The notes: generated by a model from the sequence alone, not told the origin. A DNA stretch of 64,000 nucleotides from Zygnema circumcarinatum SAG 698-1b (GCA_037447605.1 CM074805.1:5055361-5119360); one strand, 5' to 3'. Positions 1 to 19,644 are shown, numbered from the stretch's first letter. Made by a program: numbers and translations.

Positions 1-634
1 TGAAAAAAAATAAGACATGCAGCTAGAGTACTTTTCTAGGGTCAAATTTGCTGTACTATTTGTCATTGTTTTTCAGTAATATTTTATATCGTTTTTACAA
101 CAATTAGTGAAGTCTGTGTGCGAAACAAGGTGTGGAATCTTTCTTCGTTCTACAAATGTGCCAACAGTTTGGCATGGTCAATGGAATCAGAAATATAACA
201 GGCCAGGCCAGGCTTGGCTAAAAATGAATGCCAGAATGCCAGTCTCCTCTAGGCTTGATTTGCAGCCAGGCTGCAAGTTTTTGTCTTGCGAGCGTTTACA
301 TGTATTGATTGAAGATAAGCTTTTACTCCAGCAACCTTGTTTTTTTCTAGGGTGATGATTATTGTAGCTTCTTTTACGAACAATGTGGGAGTTATATTGT
401 ACATTTGTGAAGCTTGTTGTTTATGCAGCCGGTGAAGATGCATTCGTTTCCACTGGCATTGCTGGCACAGTACACCGGGCCTGCCTTGAAACTGCTCCTC
501 CTGTCTTCTTGCTTTTGACTTCCTATTTGTTTCGTGTTCTGTATAAGGATCACGATGTGGGCAATGTCCTTAAGAATTTCAAGCAGCGTAGACGTTTCTG
601 TCTGACTGGTCGACCGTGGATGGTGCTGCTGCAG

Positions 635-5943
<5,309 letters not shown>

Positions 5944-6815
5944 GCTCCGCAGTGAGGGGCCGTAGGAGAGAACGTGAAGTTGGAACTCTGACCGGATGCT
6001 GAGTTGTCGTGTTAATGCATTGAGCTGAAGGAAGCTGAAAAACAATGGCGCTGTTTTGTCAATGCCTTCTAGTAATGAGATTTCAATTTTGAACGGGTTT
6101 ATGCCCGAAGGTGTAAGTGGTAGGATGCAGAGAAATTGATGGACAGTAAGCCACACCTGACTGTCTGCTAGCTCGAAAGAATAACGGAGGGCAACGGCTC
6201 CATCCTGGTTCCTCGTGCGGAGAGGTGAGAGAGGGGCGTGGAGGCGTGTTCTTGGGCAGACTGCATGCAGGACTGCGTCCAATGGCTTTCACTTTCTCTG
6301 CGGCTCTACTCTTTGGTGTCATCTCAACTTCACATTACCGTTTCGATATACATCCCACGACTGCACACCGTCGATGATGGAAATTGAGAAAGATTGACAA
6401 ATCTGTCAGACACTTAATCTGTCCTTTCTTTGGCTTGCACCTCCGCGAGTCAGATGTGAACAGTCACATTTTTCACACAGAACTTCACTGTTCAAAACTA
6501 TTTCTTTATTCACAGCCGCAGTTAAGGAGCCTAACATGTTAAACCAACATAACACTAACTCGCATAAATAGCTTTAAAATTACAGGAGCTGGCAAAACCA
6601 AAACGACCGTATCCTGCAACCTTGGTCACTACGGCAGTCGCTGCTGCAGATTGCTTGCAGGGCTGGCCAATCTCTACTTCGGCAAAACTCAGGCAATGCT
6701 ACCATCCATCGTGGTTAGACTAGTTTCCGTCACAATGCATCCGAGCCTCCGTACGATCAGTTACCCCGTGCTCGGTCACAAGAACATTACGTTAGAGCCA
6801 GCAGGGCGACGGACC

Positions 6816-9800
6816 CTACTGGACAGGCACTACTTCAGCTTCCTCCCTGCTAAGCTTCCTGCACACGTCGTCTCCATCTCCTAGCTCAATGTCCAACTTG
6901 CCGGACGTGCGAGTTTCGACACACACGATTTCTTTGTCCTGATACACAACATCGGCCCACGAGGGCCGCCTCAGTAAGTCGAGTTCTAACTCGTCTTCCT
7001 CTTTTGAGCATCGCTCGGAAGTCACTCTGTCTCTCACCTGTTCCAACTCTATCGGAATCTCCGCCTTCCAGCCATCAACCTCAACTCCATTCCCGCTGTC
7101 TTGACCTTCCTTGGGGCTCAAACTATCGTGCAAGCCCTTCTTCCCTAATCCCTCATGGCTGCAGGTTGAGTCATGTACCGAGTCTACCCGCACGTTCTTC
7201 TGAATGGTCGCTTCACTTCCGCTGCCGCCATCCATCTCTGTATCAGCTGATGAGCTCTCAGACGTAGAGGCACTGCGCACGGCGTCCGGCGGGTCCCTCA
7301 CATTCGGTGCAGCTGCAGCCAAGTCAGGGCTTGCGGCAGGGTCCCAGGGGAGCCCCGGAACAAACTCGGCCGCCAAGGGGTTGAAGCGCTTCGCAGCCGC
7401 CAAGGGCACAAATTCCTGCGCGAGAGGATTCATGACCGTGGGAGCAAAGGGCACCATGACCCCCCCACCGACACCGGGCGGCAAGGGAGGGCCCATAAGA
7501 GGTGGAGGAGGTGCGGGGTACGCGCCCGGTGGAGGCCTCAAAATGCCTTGGTATATGGGTGGAACCCCCCCAACATGAAGGGGAGGGACCATGGCAAAAT
7601 GGGGATGGTGTCGCATGAAAGGAGGTGGTCCGGGAATCACGCCGTGCATCACAGGCAGGTAACCATTTTGGGGATGAGGATGCGGAGGTCCACCTCCATG
7701 ATGCATTTGCTGCGGATGAAAAACTGGCGGGTACGGGACGGGCCTCCCGGGTGCTGGACCGTGGAAACCACCCGGCATAGGCATGAACTGTGGTGGTCGG
7801 CCCACCTGACCGGGGTAGTTCTGTGGATGATTCGGTGTTGGTGGAGGCATGTATGGAGGCGCCATTACGTGCCGCATATTTTTTCCCCCAGAAAATCGGA
7901 CATGTTCACCATTCTGACCATGGCGGGGAGGGACGGGCTGCAGTGAGCCATCGCCAACTACGCTCCCCGTCGGCATGAAAGGTGGAGCGGTTGGCGAGAG
8001 TTTTGACAGCAAGTCTCCTGCTCCGCCTGCCGCCTGCCCATGCTCAGTACGAGCAGCAGCATCAGGCTGCGCCTCCCCTGCAGTCACTGGGACTGGGAGT
8101 ACATCTGAGCGAACACCTTCCGCCGGGGAAGCGCATTCAGTAGTCTCGTTGTAAACTTCCACAACGGTCGGCTTTGCATTCTCGACTGCTATCTCCAGTT
8201 GGTCTTTCACGTTCATCACGTCGTGGCTTCCAGCAACAGAGTTTGTGCCTGTGGGTTCCTCCCCTTTAACACCATTCAAGTCTCTCAACGCTTGTCTCCT
8301 CTCTTCGCTCGCCACGACACACTTATCTTCAACGGGGCATTCACCTTCAGTTACAGCGCTCTGTTCAGGCTCGTTCGTTGCTTCCGCCCTGTCTCCCTGC
8401 TCTATGACTTGTGCACCTTCACCGAGTACTTTCTTCGTGGATTCTCCGCTCGCCTTCTGTCCGAGAACGATGTCCAACTTACCACCAAGGTTTCCTTCAC
8501 TCTCCACTGCCAGCGAGGTCGAATCCACCCCAGCACGATGATGAGCCAACGAGCATGTGCCCGGCGGTGCAAGGGCCACATCTTTCCACGACAAGGTCAA
8601 CCTCTGCACAACGCCTCCGCGCCCAACAGGCCCCACTGCTGGAGTTGCCGAGGGACCCTCAATTTGTCCTGATCGGATCACAGCGTGCTGCCCACCACCC
8701 GCGGCTCCGCCCCCTTGCGCACCGTTTAGGGAGGCCGGATTTGATTTTGATACAGGAATGGTCGCCGCCCTACTGCTTGCAGCCACCGGAGCAGCAGGGG
8801 CTGCCGCTCGCCTTCCCGTGCCTCGCGCGGCAGTGGCCTCCTTCCCGCCTGCTGCCCTTCCCTCCGCAGCCCCTGCGGGTTCAGCGACGGATTTGACTCC
8901 CTGCTCGGATGCAGATGCAGAAGGCCTGCCTGCGCTGATGGCCGCCCAGGCATTGGCACTGCCCGCCGGACCGTCCTCCGCCTTCGCGGGCTTTGATGCC
9001 GAGGCCGCGCCCACGCCGGCCCGCCCAGACACTATGGGGCCGCGCCCTTGCTGCCCTGCTCCCGCTGCCGGGGGGCTCGCTGCTGCGAGACTGCCCGGCT
9101 TGCCTGCCACTCTGTGAGAAGCTGCCGAACTGACATGCCCGCCTGGCAAAAATCCACTGGCAGGAGCCCCATCGTGCACTGCGAGCTGATCCCCCCCTTG
9201 AGGAGGAGCTCCACCGGCCTGTACAGGGAGACTTCCTCCTCCAGGGCCACCCTTTGCGCCGATCTTCCCCCCTGCAACCACTCTAGCCTCTCTCCCTGCT
9301 TCCCCATGAGTGAGCCATTTTTTGGCTCCAGTGTTCCCCCATGGATGTCTGTGTCCTCCATCCCGCTGTCCCGGGCCCCCTCTTTGCGGCCCGCCCCTCG
9401 CCACCGGCCTGCTGTGTCTGAGCCCCTGCCCCCCCCCTCCCCCTTGCAGCCTCCGGCCGGCAGCCCCCCCCGCCCCGCGCCCTTTGTGGCCCGCCTCCTG
9501 CCAGCCCTCGTCCTCGCCCTCGCCATCTCCCCCCTGCTGTGCCGCCTCTTCTGCTGCCGACACCCCCCCCCCGAGGGGTGCGGCCTGCGCCTCGCCGAGC
9601 GCCTCCTTGCTCGCTGCAGGCCCAACGGCAGCGGCAGGAGAGGCCGAATTCTTTGCTGCATCCCCAATTGGCTGCCCCGCCCCTGCCGAATTGTCCACGT
9701 CTGCCACTTCTGTCCCTTTCTCTTCAATTCGCTCAGGGTGAACTTCTCCAGTCTCCACGGAATCTACAGTGACAGCACCTACCCGGCTAGCTGTTCCCCC

Positions 9801-12800
9801 TGGATTTACCTCTTTTTCCAGTTCACCATCAGACTCGCCACCATTCTCACTCAAGTCAGTGGACGCAATCTCACTGCCTCTCTTTTGAGCCTTCACAGAT
9901 TTGGATGCAACCTTTCCCTTTCCTCCCTTCTTCTTTGCCAACGGAGTTGCCACGGTGACTTCCAAACTTTTCATTCTCTTTTTCTCCTCCTCATTTATGA
10001 ACTCCAGAAGATCTGACACGCTGAGGTGACCCTTACTGGCAATGGATGCGTCTGGTTTAGGCGCGCCCGTCCTCTGCGCCTCCATCTGCTCCGCCGCCTT
10101 GCTGTCAAAGTACTCGAGCCATGCCGCCGCGTCCTGCGTGCGCAGGTCGTCGGGTCCGAGCTTGTCCTGCAGAATCTGCAGCGTGGTCTGCTCGTGCTGC
10201 CGGCTCAGCGAGTAGGCCTCCATGAGGGAGAGCGCGATGGCGATGGCGTGGTAGCTCGCGGCCGTCTGAATGTGGTCCGGCCCGAGCAGGCGGCGGTTGC
10301 ACTGCAGCGCCTCGTGCAGGTATCGCAGCGCCAAGTGCACGTTCCCGAGGCCCTCCTCCATCATCGCGATGTTGATGTACGTCGCGGCCGTGTTCGGGTG
10401 CGCGGGCCCGCACGTCAAGTGCAGGAGGTACAGCGCGCGGTTCACGTACCTGCAGCGGGAAGTGAACAGAGCATGTCAGCTGCTGCACGAATCCGAATCC
10501 CACTCACTCATTCCACGCTCTCGCTCTCGCCCGCATGCACTTCACATGAGAGTGAAGCATGTAGCTTACTTGAGGGCCAGCTCGGTGTGCTGCAGGCGGT
10601 AGTAGAAGACCGCGAGGTCCCCATAGCTCTTCATGGTGTCGGGGTGGTCGAGGCCGAGTTCGCGTTCGTTGATGTCGAGCGCCTTCTGCTGGTAGATGGT
10701 CGCCTGGTTGAAGTCGCCCGTGTGGTACAGGACCACCGCCAGCAGGCTGTACGCGCCAGCTGTCATGCGGTGATAGGGTCCGCACACCGCCACAAGCCGA
10801 GCGAGGGCCTGAAAGGGGCAGCCGAGAAGATGCTCAGATCTCAACGGGGAGATTCATAAAGAACATTTTGATATCAACCGGCCGGCAATCATTCATCGAA
10901 CCTCCAACGACTGCGTTGTAATCACAGCGTCAAACTGACTGTGTGCTACATTCGTTTGAAAATGTTGGATGCGCAATTTTTCCAGATGTACAGGTGCGCA
11001 GTGCGTTCATTAAAACTCTATCATGCACAACGTGGGGCCCGGAGGACTCACTTTCGTCCCGCATGAGACGGCCTCGTCGAGCTTGCCCTTGTCGAGCGCC
11101 GTCTTGGACGATTCCAGCAGCATGCGCCCGTCGGCCGTCGTGCACGCCACGTGCTGCACAGAGAGAGAGAGAGAGAGAGAGGGCGAGTGAGAGGCAAGCA
11201 AGTCTCTCTCTGCCTCTCTCGCTCGCCCTTCCAGAAACTGAACTTTGGAAGTCAATGCCAAGCATGACATCCGCGCCTTCGACTGGTCTACAACCAGGAG
11301 AAGAGGGACGGTGAGCAACAACACAGGCCCTGACCTTGTATATGGGGAACATGCTGATGATGTCCTCGGGGCGGAAGGGGTGCGACTCGGACAGGTCGTA
11401 CGTGCGCGGGGCCACCTCGATGCCGACCTGCACCCTCGCCCTCACCGCCCTCAAGTGAGCGCGCTGCCCTTGTGCATCCTCCAGACCTTCCGACCACCCT
11501 CCATAACCTACACAAAAAATCGAGCTAAAGCAGGGCACATAGCAGCAACAACATAGCACTGGCAAAAGAATGACCTCTTTACAAAGCTCTGCTAAATTAC
11601 AAAAGGCAGTCAGAAAGCTTGAATACAGGCGCAGACGATTAAGCAATAGCTACTACCTAAGCTAGAAATGCTGCGGAAAAAAAGTAAATCTTTCAGTTTG
11701 TAGCTTCGCAACATCAACAGGGATTATTGATGACAAGTAAAAACTTAAATGTCATAACCCGAGTAAGCACACACCACACCACCCACACACAATACAAACA
11801 CTACCCTGTCAAGCTTGACTCCCACACCTTGACCTTACACTGACTTGCCATGAAGCAGGCAAAATGGTGAGTAGGACAAAGGAGCCACGCATGACAGCGT
11901 CTACTCTCTACAGCCGCACTTCTGCACTTCGCTGCATACCTTGAGGCACAGAGCGCGGAGAACCGCCAGCCTCCGCAGTGCCATCCAGTCCTTCCTGTCC
12001 ACCTCCCAGCGGTAGCGCTGCCGGACGAAGGCCTGCGTCCACCTCCACACCAAGGGCTCCATGCACTGCTCCTCTCCAACCTTCCCTTCCTCCACATCCC
12101 CGTCTCTGAGCAGTGCATCCTCCCCCTCCCTCGCAGTCTCCTCCCCCTCCCCCCCCCCGCTGCTGTTCTGGCAGGCCCCCCCCGGCGGGCCCCCCCGCCC
12201 AAGCATGGCGTTCAGCGCGGCGGCGACCGCGGGCGCCACGTGGCCCCGGCCCCGGCCCTGGCCCTGCGCGGCGGCGACCACCGCGCGGAGGAGGTGCTTG
12301 CACGCACGTGTCACCATCTCGTGCACGCACAGCGACCGCACGTGAGGGAGATTCTCCGACTTTTCAGCCTGCACAGATGGGTACCGTAAGTGCCTGTCAG
12401 AATGATAAAAGTAAATGAATGATCATTTAGTCCTGAGCCCAAACCGGCGCCCACGAAACCGGTTATGGACATTCCTGCCAGCTACCTGGTTGGACACCTA
12501 ACTTTTAGAAATAAACTCATACAGTTCAGCATTTATGCAATCCCCTCCACAAATACATCCACACCTGCCAACACGTCATATTCAGATACCATGAAGCAAA
12601 CAGATCATATTCAGATATCATGTCTTCAAAGTGAATCGAGGCAATCTGAAAGTGCAGTGCCCCCTGTTTGAGAGATGCCAGCGCCCCTCTCTGCGAGGCG
12701 CGAGGAGAAGGCAGAGGCAGAGGCAGGGGCCGGCCCCTACCACTCGGCCGAGCGAGCGCATCTGGAGGCCGCGCGTGTGCATGAAGTCGGTCAGAGTGCG

Positions 12801-15800
12801 CCCGTCCACGGGCGAAAGCTCCAGCGAACCGAAATCTGCCACCTGGCATCACGCACCACACAGGGTCGTCAGCGCCGGCCCCCGCCCACTCCCAGACCGC
12901 GCCCAAACGCTTGGCAGGCCCCGCCCTCGCGATTCTCACCAGCTTGGGAAGAGCAACCTCGGAGTAATACCGCATGGCGCCCGCCTTCAGCTCTGTCATT
13001 GTCTGCACTGTCAACAGCGCCATCTGGTTAATTTGACCAGAATCGTGATATTTGAGATTAAGAAAGAACGTCAAGCCGGATAAAAAAGGACTCCTGCATA
13101 CAGATGGCTACTCCCAGGAACACCGCTACTTTGTAAAAGATAAACAATGCTACAGAAATCAACTTACGGCAAGCAGTTCGACCAACAGCTACGCTTTTCA
13201 CCTAAATCAAACTTCACATCACAATTTCCTACCATCTTATGTAAGCCTGTCTTCGATTCCTTCAAGCGCTGAAATAATCGTTCCCCCAGCCTTGCACTGA
13301 GCTCCTTCTCCCCCTCCGTCATCTCCTCAGAAGCGGCCTCGCTCTCGGTCCTCTCCCCCTGCCTCTCCTCCTCCCCCTCCCCAGCAGGCTCTACGTGCTG
13401 TGGGGCAGGCCCGTCCTTGGGCGCGGCGGGGCCCTTCTCCGCGGCGGGCGGCGGGGTCTGCAGGTGCTGCGCCCAGCACGCGCCCAGCTCCCACCGCAGA
13501 GCGCGCGCCCCCGCCCCCGCCCCCGCCCCCGCCCGGGGACCCTCCTCCTGGGCCTCGTCCAGGGCCTCGGCCTCGGCCTCAAGGCGGGCCACGCTCCGCC
13601 GCAGCGCCGAGCGCAGCACCGCCGCAGCCTCCGCCTTTGCCTCCGCCGAGGAAGAGGAGGAAGAGGAGGAGGAGTGGAGGAGCACGCGCAGGCTGCGCCA
13701 CCACATGGGAGGAGAACCTCGACAAACTTAACTTAGGGACAATGGCACAGGCAGGAGGATACTGAAGAGAAAAAGGCTATGTTGATGCTGGCTGATGACA
13801 TGGGAATGCGTGATCCATCCAAACGAAAGAACTCTTCAAAAAAACATGGCAGGGATGTAAGGCAATTACCTGTTCGGGTTCAGAGCGTTGGCGCCTCCGT
13901 CCGGCTGCGGCTCAATCTCAAGCCGCGGCAGCTCCTCCCCCTCCTGCGCGGGCGCAGTGGGCTCGGCCTGCACTCGCGCGGAGTAGCCGCGGTGGTGCAG
14001 CAGGACCGTACCCAGCGCGCCGGTGTCCTGCGCACGTGCCACACTTGCAACTCAGTGGGCAGACACCGACGGGTAAAAAAAAAAATAAAAGGGTTTTTAG
14101 GGTTTCCGAGAACGCTATGCAGAACTCACAAACAGGACTGACTGCCATTTGAAGTAGAGTTGCACAACGAGTGGTTGGTTTTGCAAGTCAAACACGCACT
14201 CACATGCACCGCTGTACTCTCATCAGCAGTTACTCCCTTCAAAAGGCACCTCTCCGCAACCTCCTCTGAAGACAGCCCTGTTTCTGGCTCCACGTCCAAC
14301 TTCATGACCCCCTTCGCACTTGCATCCGTGGGGTCCTTCATCACAGTTATGCGCATGTTATCTGTCACCACTTGCTTCACTTTCCGCCATTCCCTCTCCG
14401 CCACCTCCTCGTTGGCGCCCTCGTCGCAGGCTGCAGCAGCCGCGGCGTCCTCTATGGCGGCCACCGCCCGGCGCACGGCCGCGTCCACGAAGAGGCTGTG
14501 CACGAGGAAGGCCTGCCGGTCGCGCAGGAGCCGCTCCTCCGCGGTCCCGCCCGCCATGGCCGCGAGCACCCGGAAGTCCCGCGCCCAGTCGCGCGGGAGC
14601 AGGCGGTCCCCGGGCCGCGCCTGCCCGCCCCCGTGCCCGCCCCACCGCGCGTCCTCCGCGGGCAGCGCCGGGAACACCTCCGGCTGCGCCGCCGCGGGTG
14701 GGGGCACCAGCCACGTGTTCGACCGGAACCCGAAGGGCGTGTTCCCGAACTGCCGCAACAGATCAAAGGAACGCAAAGCAGAAGCAGAAGCAGCCTTTAG
14801 TTTGATGAAAAAACCTTTTCAATAAACCCTTGGGCACTCTTCAAGGAACCTCTGAATGTGACGTCCAAATGTGATGCACCCGAGGGAACAGCAGACGGTC
14901 CCTCTCGGCTCTCACTATTTCCCGGTCACTCAAAAGTTCTGTGCCGATCAAAAACTTAAAGGATCACCATACGTCCCTTCAAAGGCAGGAAGGTCGCATT
15001 GCAGAGGCACGGCTGGGCAGCTGACCTTGTTGCGGTCCAGGAAGAAGTCCTGCAGGTCCGCGTACGCCCGCGCGAAGGCGCGCGAGAGGCGGCGGAGCAG
15101 CGCCAGCAGCGACCGCTCCGGCGCCGCCACGTGGCGCCCCGCGCTGAAGCCCGCGCGGCCGGCGGTGACCGCCACGAGCTTGCCCGAACAGAGCCGCACC
15201 TGCGCGCCGCGCCGCGCCGCGCCGCCCCCCGCCAAGACTCAGGGCTCAAGGCTCCGCGCTGCTTGCTACTTCGGTAATAAGCAATATCAAGTTTCTAGTC
15301 TAACCACATGTCGGAGGAAAGCTCGCTTTGCTACGGGTCCCATCCCAATCCACAATCTGGAGGATAGTGCACTATCTGAAAGGAGGTGATTAAAGAATGA
15401 TAGTACTGAAGTCTGTTCGCTTAAAAACTAGAACACAAGCAGAAGTTGAATGAAGCGGCACCTACATCCAGAAGAAAAAAATCATCTACCGATGGCAATG
15501 GTCGCGAGGCTCGTCTGATGTCTGCACACAAAAGCGTGAACCGTTAGGGACCCCCTCGAGCACGCTAAAGCCTACAAACGGTGTGCTCTGCTCATTGTCT
15601 GGGCTGGGTGGAGGTGCCATATTGCCAGTCTGTAAAAGGAAATATGGCCACAGCCTTACAGTAAGTTCCAGAAAATAAACGGCACCATGTGAGTATGAGT
15701 GACCTCATCCATACATTGGATAGGAGCAACCAAATGCGACGCCGACAGGAACTCATAAAACTGGCCGAGCTTCGATTCGTGCGGGCACATCCCCGTCATG

Positions 15801-18800
15801 TCGCCCTCCTCTGTAGCGGCTGCCGCAGCCGCCATGGCCGCTGCCGCTTCAGGCTTGCCTTTGAAGGGAACGAGCTTCCGCTCTCCACTCCCTGCCCCTC
15901 CCGCCTGCTCTCCTTTGCCCTCCGCTCCCTTTTTCCTGCCTGCATCGTCCTCCCACGTGGCAGACCTCCCTTTGCCATCCCGCTCCTCCGCGCCCTCCCC
16001 CTCTCCGGGCCGCCCCCCGCCCTGCTCGCCCCCTCCCTCCCGCGCCTCCCGGTCCTTCGCTGAGGGCCCGAAGGAGGTCGTGCAGGAGACGATGTCCAGA
16101 AGCCGCCGCACGTGTGCCACACATGCCTCTTCGGAGTACTCCTCTGCTATACAACCCCATTTCCAGCACCAAAACAGTTTCAACAAATCTCGTCTTCCAA
16201 GCAATCTTCGCACAGGCTCCCACCCTGACACAAGCAGGAGCTGACTGAATCAGAGGCACGCAAAAAAGCGAACCCCTAAAAGTCATTAGCCCCTGCATAA
16301 AACTCACAAAAGCCTTCATATTAGAGTCATCCAGAGGGGTGAGGGGTGGGCTCACCCTCCACCAGGTCGAGAACGCACGGCTTCAGCGCCGCCACCTCCT
16401 GCGCCTCGCGGAGGTTGCCCCCGCGAACCTGCGGACGGCCCGCCCCGGGTCAGCGCCGAGAGGAGAGGAGAGGGAGGGAGGGAGGGAGGGAGGGAGGGAG
16501 GGAGGAGGGAGGAGGGAGGGAGGGAGAGGGAGGGAGGGAGGGAGGGAGGAGGAGGGAGGAGGGAGGAGGGAGAGGAGGAGAGGAGAGAGGAGAGGAGGAG
16601 AGAGGAGGAGAGAGGAGAGGAGAGGAGAGGAGAGGAGAGAGGAGAGGAGAGGAGAGAGAGGAGAGGAGAGGAGAGGAGGAGGGAGAGGAGAGGAGGAGAG
16701 GAGAGGGAGGGAGGAGAGGAGGAGAGAGGAGGAGAGGAGAGGAGAGGAGAGGAGAGAGGAGAGGAGAGGAGAGGAGAGGAGAGGAGAGAGGAGAGGAGAG
16801 GAGAGGAGAGGAGAGGAGAGGAGAGGAAGGAGGGGGGGAAGAGACACGCCCCGCACAGTACCTCGTGCGACAGAGAGTAGTTGGTAAAGTGCGCCGTCTC
16901 CACGTGCACTGCAAGGAGACGACGAATGTCGAGAATTCTGTCTGTTGATATGCCCTGTCCAGCACAGTGAGGCGATGTGGCGACGATGAAACAAATGAGA
17001 AGCAATAACTCAAAGAATGCAGCGACAGCTAATGAAGTAATCGATGCCTATGGAAGGCTTGCGAGCACACACACACACTCGCTCAGACTTACGTAGGCGA
17101 GTATCAAAAAACTTGCATTGTTCATCAGACAGCCGAATGGCCCCCTGCTCCATGGTAACCTATCCCTCCTGCGCCATTCTGAAGGAGAAGGAGGAGAGGG
17201 CGGGAGGCCGCACCTTAAGCAGGACCTGCCGGCCGCCCGGCACGCGCACCGCCACGTCCAGCACGGCGGGGAGACCTGCGCCCCCGCACGCAGCCAATCA
17301 GAGCACGGACAGGACCCGCAGGGCCGCACACAGAATGAACGAGCGCAATCGACTGGGCTTCGGCGCCCTCCTCATTAACTATTCCAACTTCCCTGGCGAC
17401 GAAGAACTGCTTTTGTGTGGCCAAACTTCCAAACAAGGTGCTCTTTTAAAAGACTGCTTCCAGTCCTTAGGAATGATCCCTTCGTCTGTTCTCCGTTTTC
17501 AGCAATTTCTCAACCATGACTCACAAAAAGTGATCACAGACCACTAATAAAGTGCATGAGGCCCAACTCACAGAAACTATCAATTTTTAAACTCACTCGA
17601 AGACAAATACATCTACCCCTCCCTAAGTCCCTTTAAGTTTGAAGCTGCCGAAAGTTGCTGTGAGTGCTTGGTTGCACATAATAAGGCACGTAGAGGACAA
17701 ACTAATGATCAGCTGGGTGAATTCGAAGAGCACTTCAAATCCGAGCTTTGTCCCTTGCACTCGAAAAAAATGGCACACGAGAAAAGCGCCAATTGCCAGT
17801 CTTAACGACGACTCCCTAACAAAGTGAGAGAGAATAAATCATAGCAAGAAACTTTCCCGTTCAGAGGCAGTCCCGGGAGGCCCAGAACGAAGCTGGCGCC
17901 GCTTGCAAAGGAAACAGGTTTCTCGAGGCCTCATAAGGGCGCACAACGAGATCAATGACCAAAATCGTGCCAGAGCTTGCGCTCAGGACGATGGAGTGGG
18001 AAGCGACAACTAGTTTTCCAACAAGGAAAGGAAATGGAAAGAACATAAGAAGACAATGGAGAAAAAATAAGACTAGACCGTGCCTGAGAATAAGAAAAGG
18101 AGCTGATGAAGGAGCAGAGTGATTAAAGGAGGCAAGGTATTCTTTATGACATTCTTTCTTCATGTTCAAGGTTGAGCCAGGGTTCAGGGTTCAGACGCAA
18201 TGCAGCCAGAACCTTGGATGCCGCTCTTCTTGCCACCAGCTACCCCCAGCACAGTGGGATGGCCACCTGCCTTCAAACTCATTTTTCAGCAACTTGGGAA
18301 TAAAAACAAACTTACATCTTACATCTTACTTTCAGGTGGTAAAAACAGATGCAATGATAAGAACAGACTCAAACGGCTTTTCCATCAGACTTGCGAGCTT
18401 CTCCGTGAGCCGGAAAACAGAGGTCCACAAGCAGTGCGCAATTCTCCTGGAAGTCCTATCCATCGAACTCTGTAGGTCACATGTCAAGGCGCAGCTTGCT
18501 CTTTGACACCAGCGGAAGCCCTTTGCAGAGGTTTCACACGAATTACACGCCCGCTGGATCACATCGTCCGAAATGAATGTTTTATGAACCGTGTGTCCGC
18601 CGCTCAATTGTACAACGGAAAGATCGCGAGCATACATGGCCGTAGGTAAAAAAGGAAATAGAAAGAACTTGCTCTCTTTCCAAACCTAGCCCACGACCAA
18701 CCCCAGATCGAGCTACGAAAAACAAAAATTAGGCAGTTGCCAATTTGGAGTCATCTAGGCAATCTATTTCCTGCCCGGGCTCTGTTTTCGCCAGACAGCA

Positions 18801-19358
18801 TGCGGTGAAACTCTGCCGGCACCTCGCTGCAATCAAGAGCCCTCAGGCTTCCGCTCACTCCGCCAACCCAAGGGAATTCCCTCGTAATTCCCACAGCTGC
18901 TCCTGCCCGCGCCCGGCGCTGCGGAGTCCCCTAGCAGCTCGTTCCGTCCAGGGGCCGCCCAGCGCCCGCACACATCGTGATCGCCTCTAATGGCCGAGCC
19001 AACCCAAAAGCGTAACCAGCTGACACGTGTCCAGCCAGGATGCCAAGCCGAGCGCCCCTAAGCCCAGATGCCGACACGCCTCACGCGGTGGCCCCAGGCG
19101 CTCAGCTCCACTCCGCTCCGCGTGGCAGAGTCGGATCCTACTCTCCGAGCTGACGCGATGGCAAGATGAAGACCTTTCCCGCTTTCGGCAGCACAACTGA
19201 GTGATTGGCACGGAGAGGATGCGGCTAAGGAACTAGCATGACGCAGACGACGACACTGAGTAAAGAGGGGCAATGGGAAAACACTCACTCTTCTCCTCCT
19301 TCCGCTTCTTCTCCCCACGAGGCCGATGCGCCGTTTTCTTCGTTCCCTTGTTGGCCAT
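6816..19358 (-). CDS. REC1-like: REC/TSS-family CLU-domain + TPR protein (REDUCED CHLOROPLAST COVERAGE-like), 17 exons, about 2260 aa
   Basis: Exons 19289-19358, 17214-17275, 16862-16954, 16356-16428, 15715-16143, 15466-15521, 15026-15199, 14204-14749, 13870-14027, 13233-13692, 12940-13002, 12741-12842, 11940-12368, 11335-11427, 11052-11153, 10570-10808, 6816-10449; all GT-AG with matching phases. N-terminus MANKGTKK...EKKRKEEK then LPAVLDV...[14 protein letters not shown]...[11 protein letters not shown] motifs [53 protein letters not shown]. TPRs [65 protein letters not shown]. Confidence 0.95.
16458..16843. repeat. (GGGA)n/(GGAGA)n purine microsatellite filling REC intron 3
   Basis: About 385 bp of pure G/A on +, lying between exons ending at 16862 and starting at 16428. 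Confidence 0.95.
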
Positions 19359-19540
19359 GGCTTCTAGCACGCCCTCGGCGCGACTCCCCTCCCTCGCGAG
19401 AGCGATGGATTCCGGGCGCTCTTACAAGCTGCGGCACAGAATGCGCGGCGCAGGTGCCACGCGTCAGCAGGCGAACGTGGCAGGCGCGCAGGCCGTGTCA
19501 CCGGCGTCCGGCGCTGCGGGCATTGGCGCCGCGACGCGAT

Positions 19541-19644
19541 CTCTCTCTCTCTCTGCCCCCCTCCCCCTCTCTAACTCTCTCCCACTCTCTCGATCCCTTT
19601 CCCTCTCCTCTCTCCCTCTCCCTCTCTCCCTCGCTCCCTCTCTC
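19541..19644 (-). promoter_or_regulatory. (GA)n-rich tract in the REC 5' UTR/proximal promoter
   Basis: TC-rich on +, GA-rich on the sense strand, about 180-290 bp upstream of the ATG. Function is inferred only. Confidence 0.35.

Noticed and set aside
7004-10859. Many + strand ORFs up to 322 aa
   Set aside because: They are antisense shadows of the GC-rich REC last exons, with no independent motifs.
16339-17013. Several ORFs of 180-220 aa on both strands
   Set aside because: They are translations of the intronic GGAGA microsatellite; the real REC exons flank it.
17276-19288. Nested gene in the 2-kb first intron of REC
   Set aside because: Only short ORFs without motifs or consistent splice structure.
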